Assembly (NCBI GenBank): GCA_965227515.1
Contig: CBDDFZ010000002.1
Coordinates: 288,001-352,000 of the forward strand
DNA length: 64,000 nt
From: Alphaproteobacteria bacterium
Lineage (GTDB): Bacteria; Pseudomonadota; Alphaproteobacteria; CALKHQ01
Direction of reading: 5' to 3'
The first letter of the stretch is position 1. Every line of letters starts with the position of its first letter. The notes beneath the pieces were generated by a model, which saw nothing but the letters and a program-made list of their open reading frames with translations, was not told the origin of the DNA and did not search any database. Position numbers and translations under genes: made by a program. Of this stretch, positions 20,678 through 30,528 are shown piece after piece.

Positions 20678-21464
20678 GGGCGCCCCGCAAATAGATCTCC
20701 TGCACCCGGCTGTCGTTCTCCACCTCGCTGGGCGTGCCGGTCAGGAACACCCGGCCATTATGCATCATCGTCACCCGCTCGGCCACGCGCAGCGCGACGT
20801 CCAGGTCGTGCTCGATGATGATGAAGCCGATGTGGCTGGGCAGGCTGGTCAACAGCGCGACCAGGTCGCGACGCTCGGTCGGCGAAAGCCCCGCCGCCGG
20901 TTCGTCGAGCAGGATCAGGCGCGGCGCGCCGGCCAGCGCCATGCCGATCTCGAGCTGCCGCTGCTGGCCGTGGGAGAGTTCCGCCACCGGTGTGTCGCGG
21001 TTGTCGTCCAGGTTGACGGCGTTGAGCAGGCGCTCGGTATCCATGTGGGCGGCGTCGTTGGCCCGCCCGCGGCGCAGGCTGTAGCGCCCGCGCGTGGCGC
21101 CCCTGGTCGCCAGGAACAGGTTGTCGAACACGCTGAGTCCGCCGAACAGCAGCGATATCTGATAGGTGCGCCTCAGGCCCCGGCGGATGCGGTCGTGGCC
21201 CGGCATGTCGGTCACGTCCTCGCCGAAGAAGCGGATGCGCCCGGCGCTCGGCGCCAGGTCGCCGGTGATGACATTGAACAGCGTGGTCTTGCCGGCCCCG
21301 TTTGAGCCGAGCACGGCGTGGCGCTCGCCGGCGCGGATCGACAGGTTGATGTCCTCCATGGCGGCAAGCGCGCCGAAACGGCGCGACAACCCACTGGCTT
21401 CCAGCGCGAAGGCACGCGCCTCCTGCAGCCGGCCGGCGTGGGTTGCCACGGCCGTTTCAGACAT
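20670..21464 (-). CDS. LivG-type ABC ATP-binding protein
   Basis: [27 protein letters not shown]. Confidence 0.9.
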
Positions 21465-21502
21465 GCCCGTTCAGCCCCTCGGGGCCGCCGGATTGCCCGC
21501 GA

Positions 21503-22744
21503 TCACGGGCATTCCGGGTTCTCGCGGCCCACCGGGCCAAGTGCCAGGAACTCGTCCTCCGGGAAGCCGAGGGTCTGGTTCACCTGCGGGATCACCTCGA
21601 CCACCTCGTTGACCAGATTGCCGTCCGGCCCCTCGACCACGCGGGTCAGGAAGATGTCGGCGATGGCCTGGCGGTTGTGGTCCAGGCTGACCATGCCGGT
21701 CGGCGTCTCGAACTCCAGGTTGGACAGGGTCTCGCGCAGGGCCTCGCCACCGTCCGACAGGTCGCCGCCGATGGCGTCGAGCGCCAGCAGGGCGGCCTTG
21801 GTGTTGACGTAGTAGCCGTGGGCGAACAGCGACGGCGACGGGAAGCCGTCCGGGAACGTTTCCTGATAGGCGCCGACGAACGCGGTCCAGCGCGGATCGT
21901 CCCAGGTGTCGGCGATCGGGCCGGCGGCCGGGGTGCCGACCACGAACTCGCGGGTCCGTCCCTCGGTGCCGAGCACGGTCTGGTCGACGGTGATCGAGCC
22001 GCCGATCAGCGGCAGGAAGCCGCCGGCCTGCTCGTACTGGGTCAGGAAGTTCACCGCATCGGCGCCGCCGAGCGCGACGTAGATGGCGTCAACGTCCTCC
22101 GGCAGGGCCGCGATGACCGACGAGTAGTCGCGGTTGCCGATGGGCACCCAGAACTTGGCCGGCACCGTGCCGCCCAGGTCGCAGAACGGCAGCATGAAGC
22201 CTTCCACCTGGGTGTAGGGGAACGAGTAGTCCTCGGCCAGCACCGCGACCGAGCGGTAGCCGAGCTCGTTGTAGACGTACGCGCCCAGGCCCGCCATCCA
22301 CTGGGCGCCATCGGTGCCGAAGCGGAAGAAGTTGGGGGCCGGATTGCGCAGCGTGGTGTCCTGCGCGGCGGAGGTGCCGTTGATGAAGGTCACTTCCGGG
22401 TGCTCGAAGGCGTAGTCGCGGATCGCCAGGCCCTCGGAACCGGAGAGCGGGCCGATCAGGATGTCGACTCCGTCCTGCTCCACCAGTTTGCGCGCGGCGC
22501 GTACGGCGCTGTCGGGGGAGGCGTCGGACGAGCCGGTGATGACCTCGATCGGGCGGCCGCCGGCCTCCATGTTGAACTCCTGGAACGCCAGTTCGGCGCC
22601 GCGCATGCTGTCTTCGCCCAGCACGGTGAACGCGCCCTCCAGGGTCGCCAGCACGCCAATCTTGATCGGCTCCTGGGCCATGGCCGGACCGGCCATGGCC
22701 ATCGCAGCACCCGCCGCGAGCAGCCATCTTGTGGTCTTGTGCAT
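21503..22744 (-). CDS. Branched-chain-amino-acid-type ABC substrate-binding protein
   Basis: Signal peptide ending AMA; IKIG, LIGPLSG, NFFRF; within a Liv-type operon. Confidence 0.9.
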   Translation of the reverse strand: MHKTTRWLLAAGAAMAMAGPAMAQEPIKIGVLATLEGAFTVLGEDSMRGAELAFQEFNMEAGGRPIEVITGSSDASPDSAVRAARKLVEQDGVDILIGPLSGSEGLAIRDYAFEHPEVTFINGTSAAQDTTLRNPAPNFFRFGTDGAQWMAGLGAYVYNELGYRSVAVLAEDYSFPYTQVEGFMLPFCDLGGTVPAKFWVPIGNRDYSSVIAALPEDVDAIYVALGGADAVNFLTQYEQAGGFLPLIGGSITVDQTVLGTEGRTREFVVGTPAAGPIADTWDDPRWTAFVGAYQETFPDGFPSPSLFAHGYYVNTKAALLALDAIGGDLSDGGEALRETLSNLEFETPTGMVSLDHNRQAIADIFLTRVVEGPDGNLVNEVVEVIPQVNQTLGFPEDEFLALGPVGRENPECP

Positions 22745-22756
22745 TTGTTTCCTCCC

Positions 22757-23815
22757 TTAGTTTCGTTGTTGCAGTCTTCCACCCGGCCGCCGGGCAGCAG
22801 CCGATGTGAAGCTTGGCGCCGCCAGATGCGGCTTGGCGCGTTCCCACAGGCCGACGATGCCGTTGGGGGTGACGAACACCACCAGCAGGAACGCCAGCCC
22901 GATCACCAAGTTGAAGCGCTCGCGGTCGATCAGATCGATGGCGAAGTTCTCCAGCAGCACGAACAGCAGCGCGCCCAGGAACGGGCCCACCGGGTGGATG
23001 ATGCCGCCGACCACCGCGATGACCAGGATGTCGATCGCGACGTCGATGCCGATCGAGCCCGGCGAGATGCGCTTCTGGAACCAGACCAGCAGCACGCCGC
23101 CGGTGGACGCGATGACACCGGCGAACAGGTGCGCGGTGATGCGGTGCATGGCGACGTTGAAGCCGATGGCCTGCATGCGGCGCGGGTTATCGCGGATCGC
23201 CTGCAGCGCCAGCCCGAAGGTGGAGCGCGAGGCATATATCACGATCAGATAGAACAACCCGGCAATGCCCAGGCTGAGATAGTAGAACGGCACCGGGTCG
23301 GCCCAATTGAGGCCGAAGGCGACCGGCGGCTCCAGGCCCGCGAACCCGTCGAACCCGTTGAAGATCGAGTAGTTCTGGCGGGTCAGGTAGAAGAAGCTGG
23401 TGGCGATCGCCAGCGTGATCATGATGGTGTAGATGCCGGTGGTGCGCACCGAGATGGCACCGATCAGGGCGCCTGAGATGGACCCGATCAGGATCGCCAG
23501 CGGCACCGCGATCCACCACGCCCAGCCCAGCCCCAGCTCGGCGGAATTTGTGCCGAATAGCGCCACGCAATAGCCGGCGACCCCCGCCACCGTGAGCTGG
23601 GCCAGGCTGATCATGCCGCCATAGCCGGCCAGCACCATCAGCGATAGCGCGATGGTGCCCAGGATCAGCGAGTAGGCGCCGATCTGGTAGGCGAAGAAGT
23701 CCGACACCACCAGGGGATAGACGATCAGCAGGATGGCCACGACGATGCCGACCTCCCACTTGATGCGGGTTCGGCGGTCGAGGGCGCGTGGGTTGAGGCT
23801 GGCTGGCAGGCTCAT
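22757..23815 (-). CDS. LivM-type ABC permease
   Basis: ATG 23815; GYGGMISL, YTIMITLA, AIRDNPRR. Confidence 0.9.
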   Translation of the reverse strand: MSLPASLNPRALDRRTRIKWEVGIVVAILLIVYPLVVSDFFAYQIGAYSLILGTIALSLMVLAGYGGMISLAQLTVAGVAGYCVALFGTNSAELGLGWAWWIAVPLAILIGSISGALIGAISVRTTGIYTIMITLAIATSFFYLTRQNYSIFNGFDGFAGLEPPVAFGLNWADPVPFYYLSLGIAGLFYLIVIYASRSTFGLALQAIRDNPRRMQAIGFNVAMHRITAHLFAGVIASTGGVLLVWFQKRISPGSIGIDVAIDILVIAVVGGIIHPVGPFLGALLFVLLENFAIDLIDRERFNLVIGLAFLLVVFVTPNGIVGLWERAKPHLAAPSFTSAAARRPGGRLQQRN

Positions 23816-24822
23816 CACGCCCGCCCCATGATGCCTTGCGGCCGGATGGCCAGCACCACGATCATGATCAGGAAGGTCAGCACCACGCCGTAGGTCGGGA
23901 AGTAGGCGAGCCCGATCTGCTCGGCGAGCCCGATCAGCAGCGCGCCGACGGCGGCCCCGGTGATCGAGCCCATGCCGCCGACGATGACCACGACCAGCGA
24001 GGCGAGCAGGTAGCGCGTATCCTCGCCCGGCGAGATCGACAGCACCGAGCCGCCGACGACGCCGGCAAACCCGGCCAGCCCGGCGCCGATGGCGAACACC
24101 GCCGCGAACACGAGCTGCTCGTTGATGCCGGTGGCCGACAGCATGCGCCGGTCGTCGACGCCGGCCCGGATCATCATGCCGACGCGGGTGCGGGCCAGGA
24201 ACAGCCACAGCCCGATGCCGGTCGCCACCGCCACCGCCAGCATCATCAGGCGGATGGTGGGATAGACCAGGTAGATCTCGTCGCCGTTCGGCCGCACCGT
24301 GGTGATGATCGGCGTCGGCGTCGCGCTCATCAGCCATTCCGGCGGGGTGAACTGGTAGGTGCGCCCGCTCCACACCGCCAGCATCAGGTCGGCGAGCACG
24401 ATGGCGATGCCGATGGAGACCAGGGTCTGGCGCAGCGCGTCGTTCTCCATCCGCCGGAACACGCCGAGCTGCATGGCCAGCCCCAGCACCGCCATCGCCA
24501 GGAAGCCGGCGATCACGCCCAGATACCAGCTATCCAGCCACTCCGCCGCCTCCAGCCCGATATAGGCGCCGAGCAGGTAGAGCGATCCGTGGGCGAGGTT
24601 GACGATGCGCATCAGCCCGAACACCAGGGTGAAGCCGCTGGCGACCAGGAAGTAGAGCCCGGCCAGGGTGACGCCATTGAGGATGGTATTGACGAACAGC
24701 CGCTTGCCGCCGATCACGTCCTTCAGCCAGTCGGGCCAGACCGCGAAGAACAGCCACAGCACCAGCAGGCCGATCACTAGCAGGATGGCGTAGCGCACGT
24801 GGCGGGCGGTCTCGCGGTTCAT
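23815..24822 (-). CDS. LivH-type ABC permease
   Basis: ASGFTLVFGLMRIVNLAHG, VVIVGGMGS, RPQG. Confidence 0.9.
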   Translation of the reverse strand: MNRETARHVRYAILLVIGLLVLWLFFAVWPDWLKDVIGGKRLFVNTILNGVTLAGLYFLVASGFTLVFGLMRIVNLAHGSLYLLGAYIGLEAAEWLDSWYLGVIAGFLAMAVLGLAMQLGVFRRMENDALRQTLVSIGIAIVLADLMLAVWSGRTYQFTPPEWLMSATPTPIITTVRPNGDEIYLVYPTIRLMMLAVAVATGIGLWLFLARTRVGMMIRAGVDDRRMLSATGINEQLVFAAVFAIGAGLAGFAGVVGGSVLSISPGEDTRYLLASLVVVIVGGMGSITGAAVGALLIGLAEQIGLAYFPTYGVVLTFLIMIVVLAIRPQGIMGRA

Positions 24823-24882
24823 CGGGCTGTCGGGCCGGTTCGGTGTGGCTGGTGGCGTTGGAGCGCGTGGGCGTCGCGCCGG

Positions 24883-26208
24883 TCAGGCGATCAGCCGGCG
24901 GCGCTGCTCGGCCATGCGCGGCTCCTTGTGGAACGCGCCGTCCTTCATGATCGCGAGCAGGCGGTCCTTTTCCTGCAGCACCCGCACGTTGGCCACCGGG
25001 TCGCCGTCGACCAGGATCATGTCGGCGAGGTAGCCCTCCTTGATCTGGCCCAGCTCGTCGCCCATGCCCATCATCGCGCCGCCGTGGGTGGTGGCCGCCA
25101 TCAGCGCCTCCATCGGCGAGAAGCCCAGCATGTCGACGAAGAATTCCAGGTCCTTGGCGTTGGTGCCCATGGGCGTCCAGGCGAAGCCGTAGTCGCCGCC
25201 GATGCACACGGTGATGCCGCGCTGGTGCATCTTGCGCATGGTCTCGCAGGCGATCTCCAGCTCGCGCTCGTACTGCAACGACATCGGCGAGCCTGGCTCG
25301 ATGCCCCACTTGCCGGCATGGCGCGCCGTGCCGACCAGCCAGGCCAGACCCGGCGCCACGAAGTGCTTGTCCTTCGCCGCCTCCAGCATGTCGAGCGCTT
25401 CCTCGTCGGCGAACGAGGCGTGGTAGATGTTGCGGATGCCATGGCGCACGCACAGCTTGACCGATTCCGCCGAGCGTGCGTGGGCGGCCACGGTCTTGCC
25501 GCGCCGTGCCGCCTCCGTGCAGGCCATCGCGATCTCTTCGTCGGCCATCGGGGTTTCTTCCGCGCCGACGCCGGTGATGTCCTCGCCGGAGATGTTCAGC
25601 TTGATGGAATCGACGCCGTACTTGATGAGCTGGCGCACGGTGCGGCGCATTTCCTCCGGGCCGGAAACGACCATGCCGAAGCTCATCTCCGGGAAGTCGA
25701 TGTGCGGCGGCGAGGTGTCGCCGAGCCCGCCCAGGGTCGCGATCTCGGGGCCCGCCGCCAGGTAGCGCGGACCGGGGATCTGGCCCGAGTTGATCGCGTT
25801 GCGGATCACCACGTCGAGCCGCGGCTTGGCCGACGCCGCGCCGACGCCCGATGTGAAGCCGGCATCCAGCATGACGCGCGCCATGTCGGCGGCGAGCAGG
25901 GTGTGTTCCTCCGGCGGCATCAGCTGGATGTGCTCCAGCGCGCCGGCGTTGTTCCACGACAGGTGCAGGTGGCCGTCGCACAGGCCGGGCATCAGGGTGG
26001 CGCCCATGCCGTCGATGACGGTCTGCTGCCCACCTCCCAAACCACCGCCGCCCAATCCGCCACCCGTGCTGCCGCCGGAAGACAATCGGCTGCCGTTGGC
26101 GCGCGAGACGCGGCGGATGCGGTTGCCCTGGACCAGCACCTCGCCGGTGTAGGGGAATTCGCCCGTGCCATCGAGGATGCGCACGTTCGTGAACAAGACG
26201 TCGGCCAT
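24883..26208 (-). CDS. Metal-dependent amidohydrolase
   Basis: PGLCDGHLH (HxH), IKL, AAHARS, IYHAS, GGDYG, GYLADMILVDGDP; Gly-rich insert near the N-terminus. Confidence 0.9.
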   Translation of the reverse strand: MADVLFTNVRILDGTGEFPYTGEVLVQGNRIRRVSRANGSRLSSGGSTGGGLGGGGLGGGQQTVIDGMGATLMPGLCDGHLHLSWNNAGALEHIQLMPPEEHTLLAADMARVMLDAGFTSGVGAASAKPRLDVVIRNAINSGQIPGPRYLAAGPEIATLGGLGDTSPPHIDFPEMSFGMVVSGPEEMRRTVRQLIKYGVDSIKLNISGEDITGVGAEETPMADEEIAMACTEAARRGKTVAAHARSAESVKLCVRHGIRNIYHASFADEEALDMLEAAKDKHFVAPGLAWLVGTARHAGKWGIEPGSPMSLQYERELEIACETMRKMHQRGITVCIGGDYGFAWTPMGTNAKDLEFFVDMLGFSPMEALMAATTHGGAMMGMGDELGQIKEGYLADMILVDGDPVANVRVLQEKDRLLAIMKDGAFHKEPRMAEQRRRLIA

Positions 26209-26304
26209 GTTGCGTTCCTCCATTCCGGGCCGGCCATTCGTTGTCCGGCCATTCTTATTCTGGCACGTGTCGCGTGGCGCCGCTTGGCCGGGCGCTTCTC
26301 CGCC

Positions 26305-27078
26305 TTATCCCTTGAACAGTGCGCCGCGCAGGATGTCGACGCAAGTCGCGGGTTTTTCCAGCGTCAGCCAGTGGCCGGCGCGCTCGACAATCCGCACCTG
26401 TGCATCGGCGACCTTGTCGGCGATCTGCCCGGCCATGCTGGGCGGTGCCACCGCGTCCTCGTCGCCGGTGGCGAGCAGGGTGGGGCAGGCGATGCGCCGG
26501 TGGTCGGCGGCCTCGGCGCGCGCCAGGGCCTCGCACGACCAGGCAAAGTCCTCCGCGTTCTGCCGCATGTGGCTCTCGCGGATGAAGGCCACCGCCAGCG
26601 GGTTGTTGGCACGGGTGTCGCCGGAGACGCCTGCGGTGGCGACCGCATCGGCGATGCCGGCCATGCCCTCGCTGCGCGCGGTGGCGCCGCGTCCGGCCAG
26701 CCGTTCGCGCGCGGCATCCGGCGGCGCCAGGATCGGCCCGAACAACGTGAGCGAGCGCATAAGGTCCGGCTTGTCGGCGGCGACATGCTGGCAGACCAGC
26801 GTGCCCATGGAGTGGCCGACCAGATGCATGCTGGAAACGCCGAGCGCGCGGGCGACTTCGATCACCGCCGTGGCGAGCTTGCCGAGGTCCGGGTCGCCGG
26901 CCGGGCGTGGGCTGCGGGCGGAACCGGGCAGGTCGGGCCGGATGACGCGGCAGCCCGCCAGCGCGGGCATGACCGTCTGGAAGCTGTTGGACGAGCCGCC
27001 AAGCCCGTGCACCAGCATGACGTCGGGGCCTTCGCCCTCCACCTCGACCGCGATGCGCCCCACCAAAACGTCAGCCAT
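26305..27078 (-). CDS. Alpha/beta hydrolase
   Basis: HGLGG, GHSMG nucleophile elbow, GDED, AGH. Confidence 0.9.
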   Translation of the reverse strand: MADVLVGRIAVEVEGEGPDVMLVHGLGGSSNSFQTVMPALAGCRVIRPDLPGSARSPRPAGDPDLGKLATAVIEVARALGVSSMHLVGHSMGTLVCQHVAADKPDLMRSLTLFGPILAPPDAARERLAGRGATARSEGMAGIADAVATAGVSGDTRANNPLAVAFIRESHMRQNAEDFAWSCEALARAEAADHRRIACPTLLATGDEDAVAPPSMAGQIADKVADAQVRIVERAGHWLTLEKPATCVDILRGALFKG

Positions 27079-27946
27079 GGCTGAGCGCCTCCACCGGGTT
27101 GGAGAGCGTGCCGATTCTTTCGATCTCGACCTTCACGTCGTCGCCCGGCGCCAGGTAGCGCGGCGGATCGAACCCGATGCCGACGCCAGGCGGGGTGCCG
27201 GTGGCGATGATGTCGCCCGGCATCAGGGTGATGCCGGCGGAGATGGTCGCGATCAGCGTCGGCACGTCGAAGATCAGGAGGCCGGTGTGGGAGTCCTGGC
27301 GCAGGTCGCCATTGACCCAGCAGCGCACCGACGTCGAGGCGAGGTCGATCTCGTCGCGGGTCACTGCCCACGGCCCCATCGGGCAGAAGCTGTCCTGCGA
27401 CTTGCCGATCAGCCACTGGCTGTGCCGGCCTTGCAGGTCGCGCGCGGTGACGTCGTTGACCGCTGTATAGCCCCAGACGTGGTCGAGCGCGTCGTCCGGC
27501 GCGATGCCGCGTCCGCCCTTGCCGATGATCACAGCAAGCTCGGCCTCGTAGTCGATGGCCGGCGACACGGCGCTGTCGACCAGGATCGGCGCGCCGTTCG
27601 GCACCACGGTCTCGGGCAGCTTGGAGAAGATGATCGGGTGCGCCGGCACGTCGCCCTGGGCGGCGCTGGAATCGAAGCCGGAGCGCGCGAACTCCAGCGC
27701 GTGCTCGTGATAGTTCTTGCCGACGCAGAAGATGTTGCGGTGGGGGCGCGGCACCGGGGCCATCAGTTCGACCCGCGACAAAGGCGTCGGGCTGAGCGTG
27801 CGCGGCAGCGTCTCGGCCTCGACCACGGCGAGCAAGCCGCGCGCGGCCTCGGCCATCGGCAGGTCGAACGCGGCGAAGCTGTCGTCATCGGCATCCACGA
27901 CGCCGACCCGCACCTCTCCCGCAATCCGCACTGTGGCAATCTTCAC
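27071..27946 (-). CDS. Fumarylacetoacetate hydrolase family protein
   Basis: GTG start after GAGG; CVGKNY, DYEAEL, NDVTARD, GKSQD, TGTP. Confidence 0.9.
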   Translation of the reverse strand: MKIATVRIAGEVRVGVVDADDDSFAAFDLPMAEAARGLLAVVEAETLPRTLSPTPLSRVELMAPVPRPHRNIFCVGKNYHEHALEFARSGFDSSAAQGDVPAHPIIFSKLPETVVPNGAPILVDSAVSPAIDYEAELAVIIGKGGRGIAPDDALDHVWGYTAVNDVTARDLQGRHSQWLIGKSQDSFCPMGPWAVTRDEIDLASTSVRCWVNGDLRQDSHTGLLIFDVPTLIATISAGITLMPGDIIATGTPPGVGIGFDPPRYLAPGDDVKVEIERIGTLSNPVEALSHG

Positions 27947-27968
27947 CGCTTCCTCCGCCCGGGTCTGT

Positions 27969-28091
27969 GCCCAATTGCGCGTTAGGCTGAACCAAATTGC
28001 ACAACGGCGCAAGGCCCGTTCGGTTGGAAAACCAAGAATAATTGGAATCGAAGCGTGCAGTCCGATTGACAATTGGCTCAAGAATGGTTCA
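27969..28091. promoter_or_regulatory. Divergent promoter region with repeated ATTGGTTCA-like operator motifs
   Basis: TGAACCAAATT 27988-27998, TTGGAAAACCAA 28024-28035, AATTGGCTCA 28071-28080, AATGGTTCA 28083-28091; TTGACA at 28066. Confidence 0.45.
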
Positions 28092-28130
28092 AGTTTGGGG
28101 CGCGACACTTAACCGATGCGCGGACCGGAT

Positions 28131-28817
28131 ATGGCTCAATGGCAGGACATCGCGGCGACGCTGCGCCAGGAGGTACATCGCGGCGGTGTCGGGCCGGGTG
28201 CGCGCTTCCCGACCGAGCGCGCGCTGGCCGAGCGGTTCGGCGTGGCGCGCAACACGGTGCGCCGGGCAATCGCCACCCTGGTCGACGATGGCGTGATCGT
28301 CCGCCAGGTCGGCAGTGGCAGCTTCGTGCAGGCGCCGGTGCCCGAACGGGCGAATGGCAGCGCCGACCATGTGCTGGCGCAGATCATCGGCGTCAGCCCG
28401 CGTGACCTGATGGACGTGCGCCTGCTGCTGGAGCCGCGGGCGGCGGCCCTGGCGGCCATCCACGGCAACAGCGCGGAGCTGGAGCGCATCGTCGCGGCGG
28501 AGGCGGCGGCGCGGGCCGAGACCGAGCTGGAAGCTTTCGAACGCTGCGACGCGGAGTTCCACCAGCGCATCGTCGCAGCGTCCCACAATGAGCTGCTGCT
28601 GCACCTGTGCGGGCTGATGAGCAAGTCGCGGTCCAGCCAGGAATGGCTCGACATGAAACGCCGCGCGTTCTCGGCGGAACGGCTTGCCGGCTACGACGAC
28701 GACCACGGCGCCGTTCTGGACGCGCTGGTGCGGCGCGATCCGGAGGCGGCGGAGGCGGCGATGCGCCAGCACTTGGAAGCGGTGCGTGCCAACCTGTTCG
28801 CGCGTGCCGCGGACTGA
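28131..28817 (+). CDS. GntR/FadR family transcriptional regulator
   Basis: FPTERALAERFGVARNTVRRA HTH; FCD domain DAEFH...ASHN...H; start may be 28116. Confidence 0.9.
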   Translation: MAQWQDIAATLRQEVHRGGVGPGARFPTERALAERFGVARNTVRRAIATLVDDGVIVRQVGSGSFVQAPVPERANGSADHVLAQIIGVSPRDLMDVRLLLEPRAAALAAIHGNSAELERIVAAEAAARAETELEAFERCDAEFHQRIVAASHNELLLHLCGLMSKSRSSQEWLDMKRRAFSAERLAGYDDDHGAVLDALVRRDPEAAEAAMRQHLEAVRANLFARAAD

Positions 28818-28852
28818 TCCGCGCCTGACGCCGGACACCGCAGCGGCGAACG

Positions 28853-29656
28853 CTACGTCTTTTCCTTTTGGGCATTGCGCCAGGCGACGTATTCGTCCTG
28901 CACCTCGTCGCTCAGCGGGTAGTACTTGCGCAGGTCGCCGCCCTGGCTCAGCCGGAAGCGGGCGAACTCCTCCCATTCCGCGTGCTCGCCGGCCACATCC
29001 GCCAGCCGCGACGCCAGCGCCGCCGGCACCACGACCGCGCCGTCGTCGTCGGCCACCACGATGTCGCCCGGCATCACCAGTGCGTCGCCGCACGCGATCG
29101 GCACGTTCACCGCGAACGGCACGATGCGGGTCTGGGCGTGATAGTTGGGTGTGACCCCGCGCACCCAGATGCCGAGGTCCAGCGCCTTCGCCTGGGCCGC
29201 ATCGCGGATGCAGCCGTCGACCACGACGCCCGCGCCGCCACGCCCGGCGAAGTAGGTCAGCATCATCTCGCCGAACACGCCGCTCGCCATGTCGCCGCGC
29301 GCATCCACCACCACCATGTCGCCGGCCTGTGCCGGAAACAGCACGTGGCGATGGCGTTGCAGTTCGGGGTTGTCGTACTCGTCGCCGTCGAACAGGTCCT
29401 CGCGCTTCGGCATGAACTGCAGGGTCAGCGCGGGGCCGGCAACCGCGCGGCCGGGGTTCAGCGCCACCGGTCCGCGAATGAACGGGTCGCGGATGCCCAT
29501 CCGGCTGAGCTCGCTGGACACGGTGGCCGAACCGATGGCGGCCAGCGCGTCCGACAGGTGGCGCGGCGGGCGCTCGATGTCGGTGATCTGCGAATCGTCG
29601 GGGTCGTAATGCATGGCAAGCCTCGGGTGGATGTGCGTGTCTCGCGTGGTCGGCAT
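28853..29656 (-). CDS. RraA/HMG aldolase family protein
   Basis: AGPALTL, FGEMM, VVDGCIRD, PGDIVVADDDG. Confidence 0.85.
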   Translation of the reverse strand: MPTTRDTHIHPRLAMHYDPDDSQITDIERPPRHLSDALAAIGSATVSSELSRMGIRDPFIRGPVALNPGRAVAGPALTLQFMPKREDLFDGDEYDNPELQRHRHVLFPAQAGDMVVVDARGDMASGVFGEMMLTYFAGRGGAGVVVDGCIRDAAQAKALDLGIWVRGVTPNYHAQTRIVPFAVNVPIACGDALVMPGDIVVADDDGAVVVPAALASRLADVAGEHAEWEEFARFRLSQGGDLRKYYPLSDEVQDEYVAWRNAQKEKT

Positions 29657-29780
29657 CCTCGCCGAAAACCGGGCGTCGCGTCACCTGCCTGCGTTTACCG
29701 CCCCTTTACCGTGTTGGCGCCATGGTGCGGCAGGGCGCCAAACAGGGGGCGCCGATCTGGACAAGGACTGTGCCTGCACG

Positions 29781-30020
29781 ATGGCTATCGACCCGTCTCT
29801 CGCGATCAATGGTGTTCGGCTTGAAATCTACGCGCTGCTCGGCCGTTCGCAGATGCCGGTGCACCAGCTTTTGAAGATGGGCCGTGGCGCGGTCATCGAG
29901 CTCGACAGCAGCGTCGATGCCGACGTGAAGCTCTACATCGGCAACCGCAAGGTGGCCGAGGGCGAACTGATCGTCTCCGGCGAGAAGCTGGCGATCAACG
30001 TCAACCGGATGTCGTTGTAG
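29781..30020 (+). CDS. Standalone FliM/FliN C-terminal (SpoA) domain protein
   Basis: LGRSQMPVHQLLKMGRGAVIEL...VAEGEL; AGGA upstream of ATG 29781. Confidence 0.8.
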   Translation: MAIDPSLAINGVRLEIYALLGRSQMPVHQLLKMGRGAVIELDSSVDADVKLYIGNRKVAEGELIVSGEKLAINVNRMSL

Positions 30021-30218
30021 CGGCGGATTCGTCGGCATCGCTGCCGGTTTCAGGCCCGGCGCGCGGGCGACGCGCGGCCTGCCACCTCCCCACTACCGGA
30101 CGAACCTGGCGCTTCCCGCATCGCTGGCGGGCACACTGGCTGTTGCCCAAATTCTGCCCATGAGGTTCATTACACTGCCGTAAGTCTCAACAGCCTGCCA
30201 AACGTCGCGATTCCGTCG

Positions 30219-30527
30219 ATGGATTATGTCTCCTTCGCCATCAGCGCCCTCCTGAGCGCCGCCCTCTTGGGCTGGACCGGCATCTACGTGCTGCGCACGC
30301 TGACCCTCGCGCTGGAGGGCCACTACGAGTTCAAGGGCGACAGCATGACCAAGCGGTCGCGCCTGGGCGGTTTCACCCGCGTGTTCTTCTGGGTGATTGC
30401 CGCGGCGCTGGCCTGGAGCTTCTTCATCGACTGGATCTGGTTCGAGGACCTGGGCTTCGCCACCGCGGCCCTGATGGTGCGCCTGGAGATCGTGTTCGAG
30501 ATCCTGGCCAGCATGGGTGACAATTAG
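30219..30527 (+). CDS. Small hypothetical membrane protein
   Basis: 102 aa with 2-3 hydrophobic segments; host-like codon usage; stop immediately before the next ATG. Confidence 0.65.
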   Translation: MDYVSFAISALLSAALLGWTGIYVLRTLTLALEGHYEFKGDSMTKRSRLGGFTRVFFWVIAAALAWSFFIDWIWFEDLGFATAALMVRLEIVFEILASMGDN

Positions 30528-30528
30528 T

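Noticed and set aside
29613-30020. Flagellar or T3SS locus at fliN
   Set aside because: Only a standalone ~79-aa SpoA-domain gene; no other flagellar or secretion genes in the window
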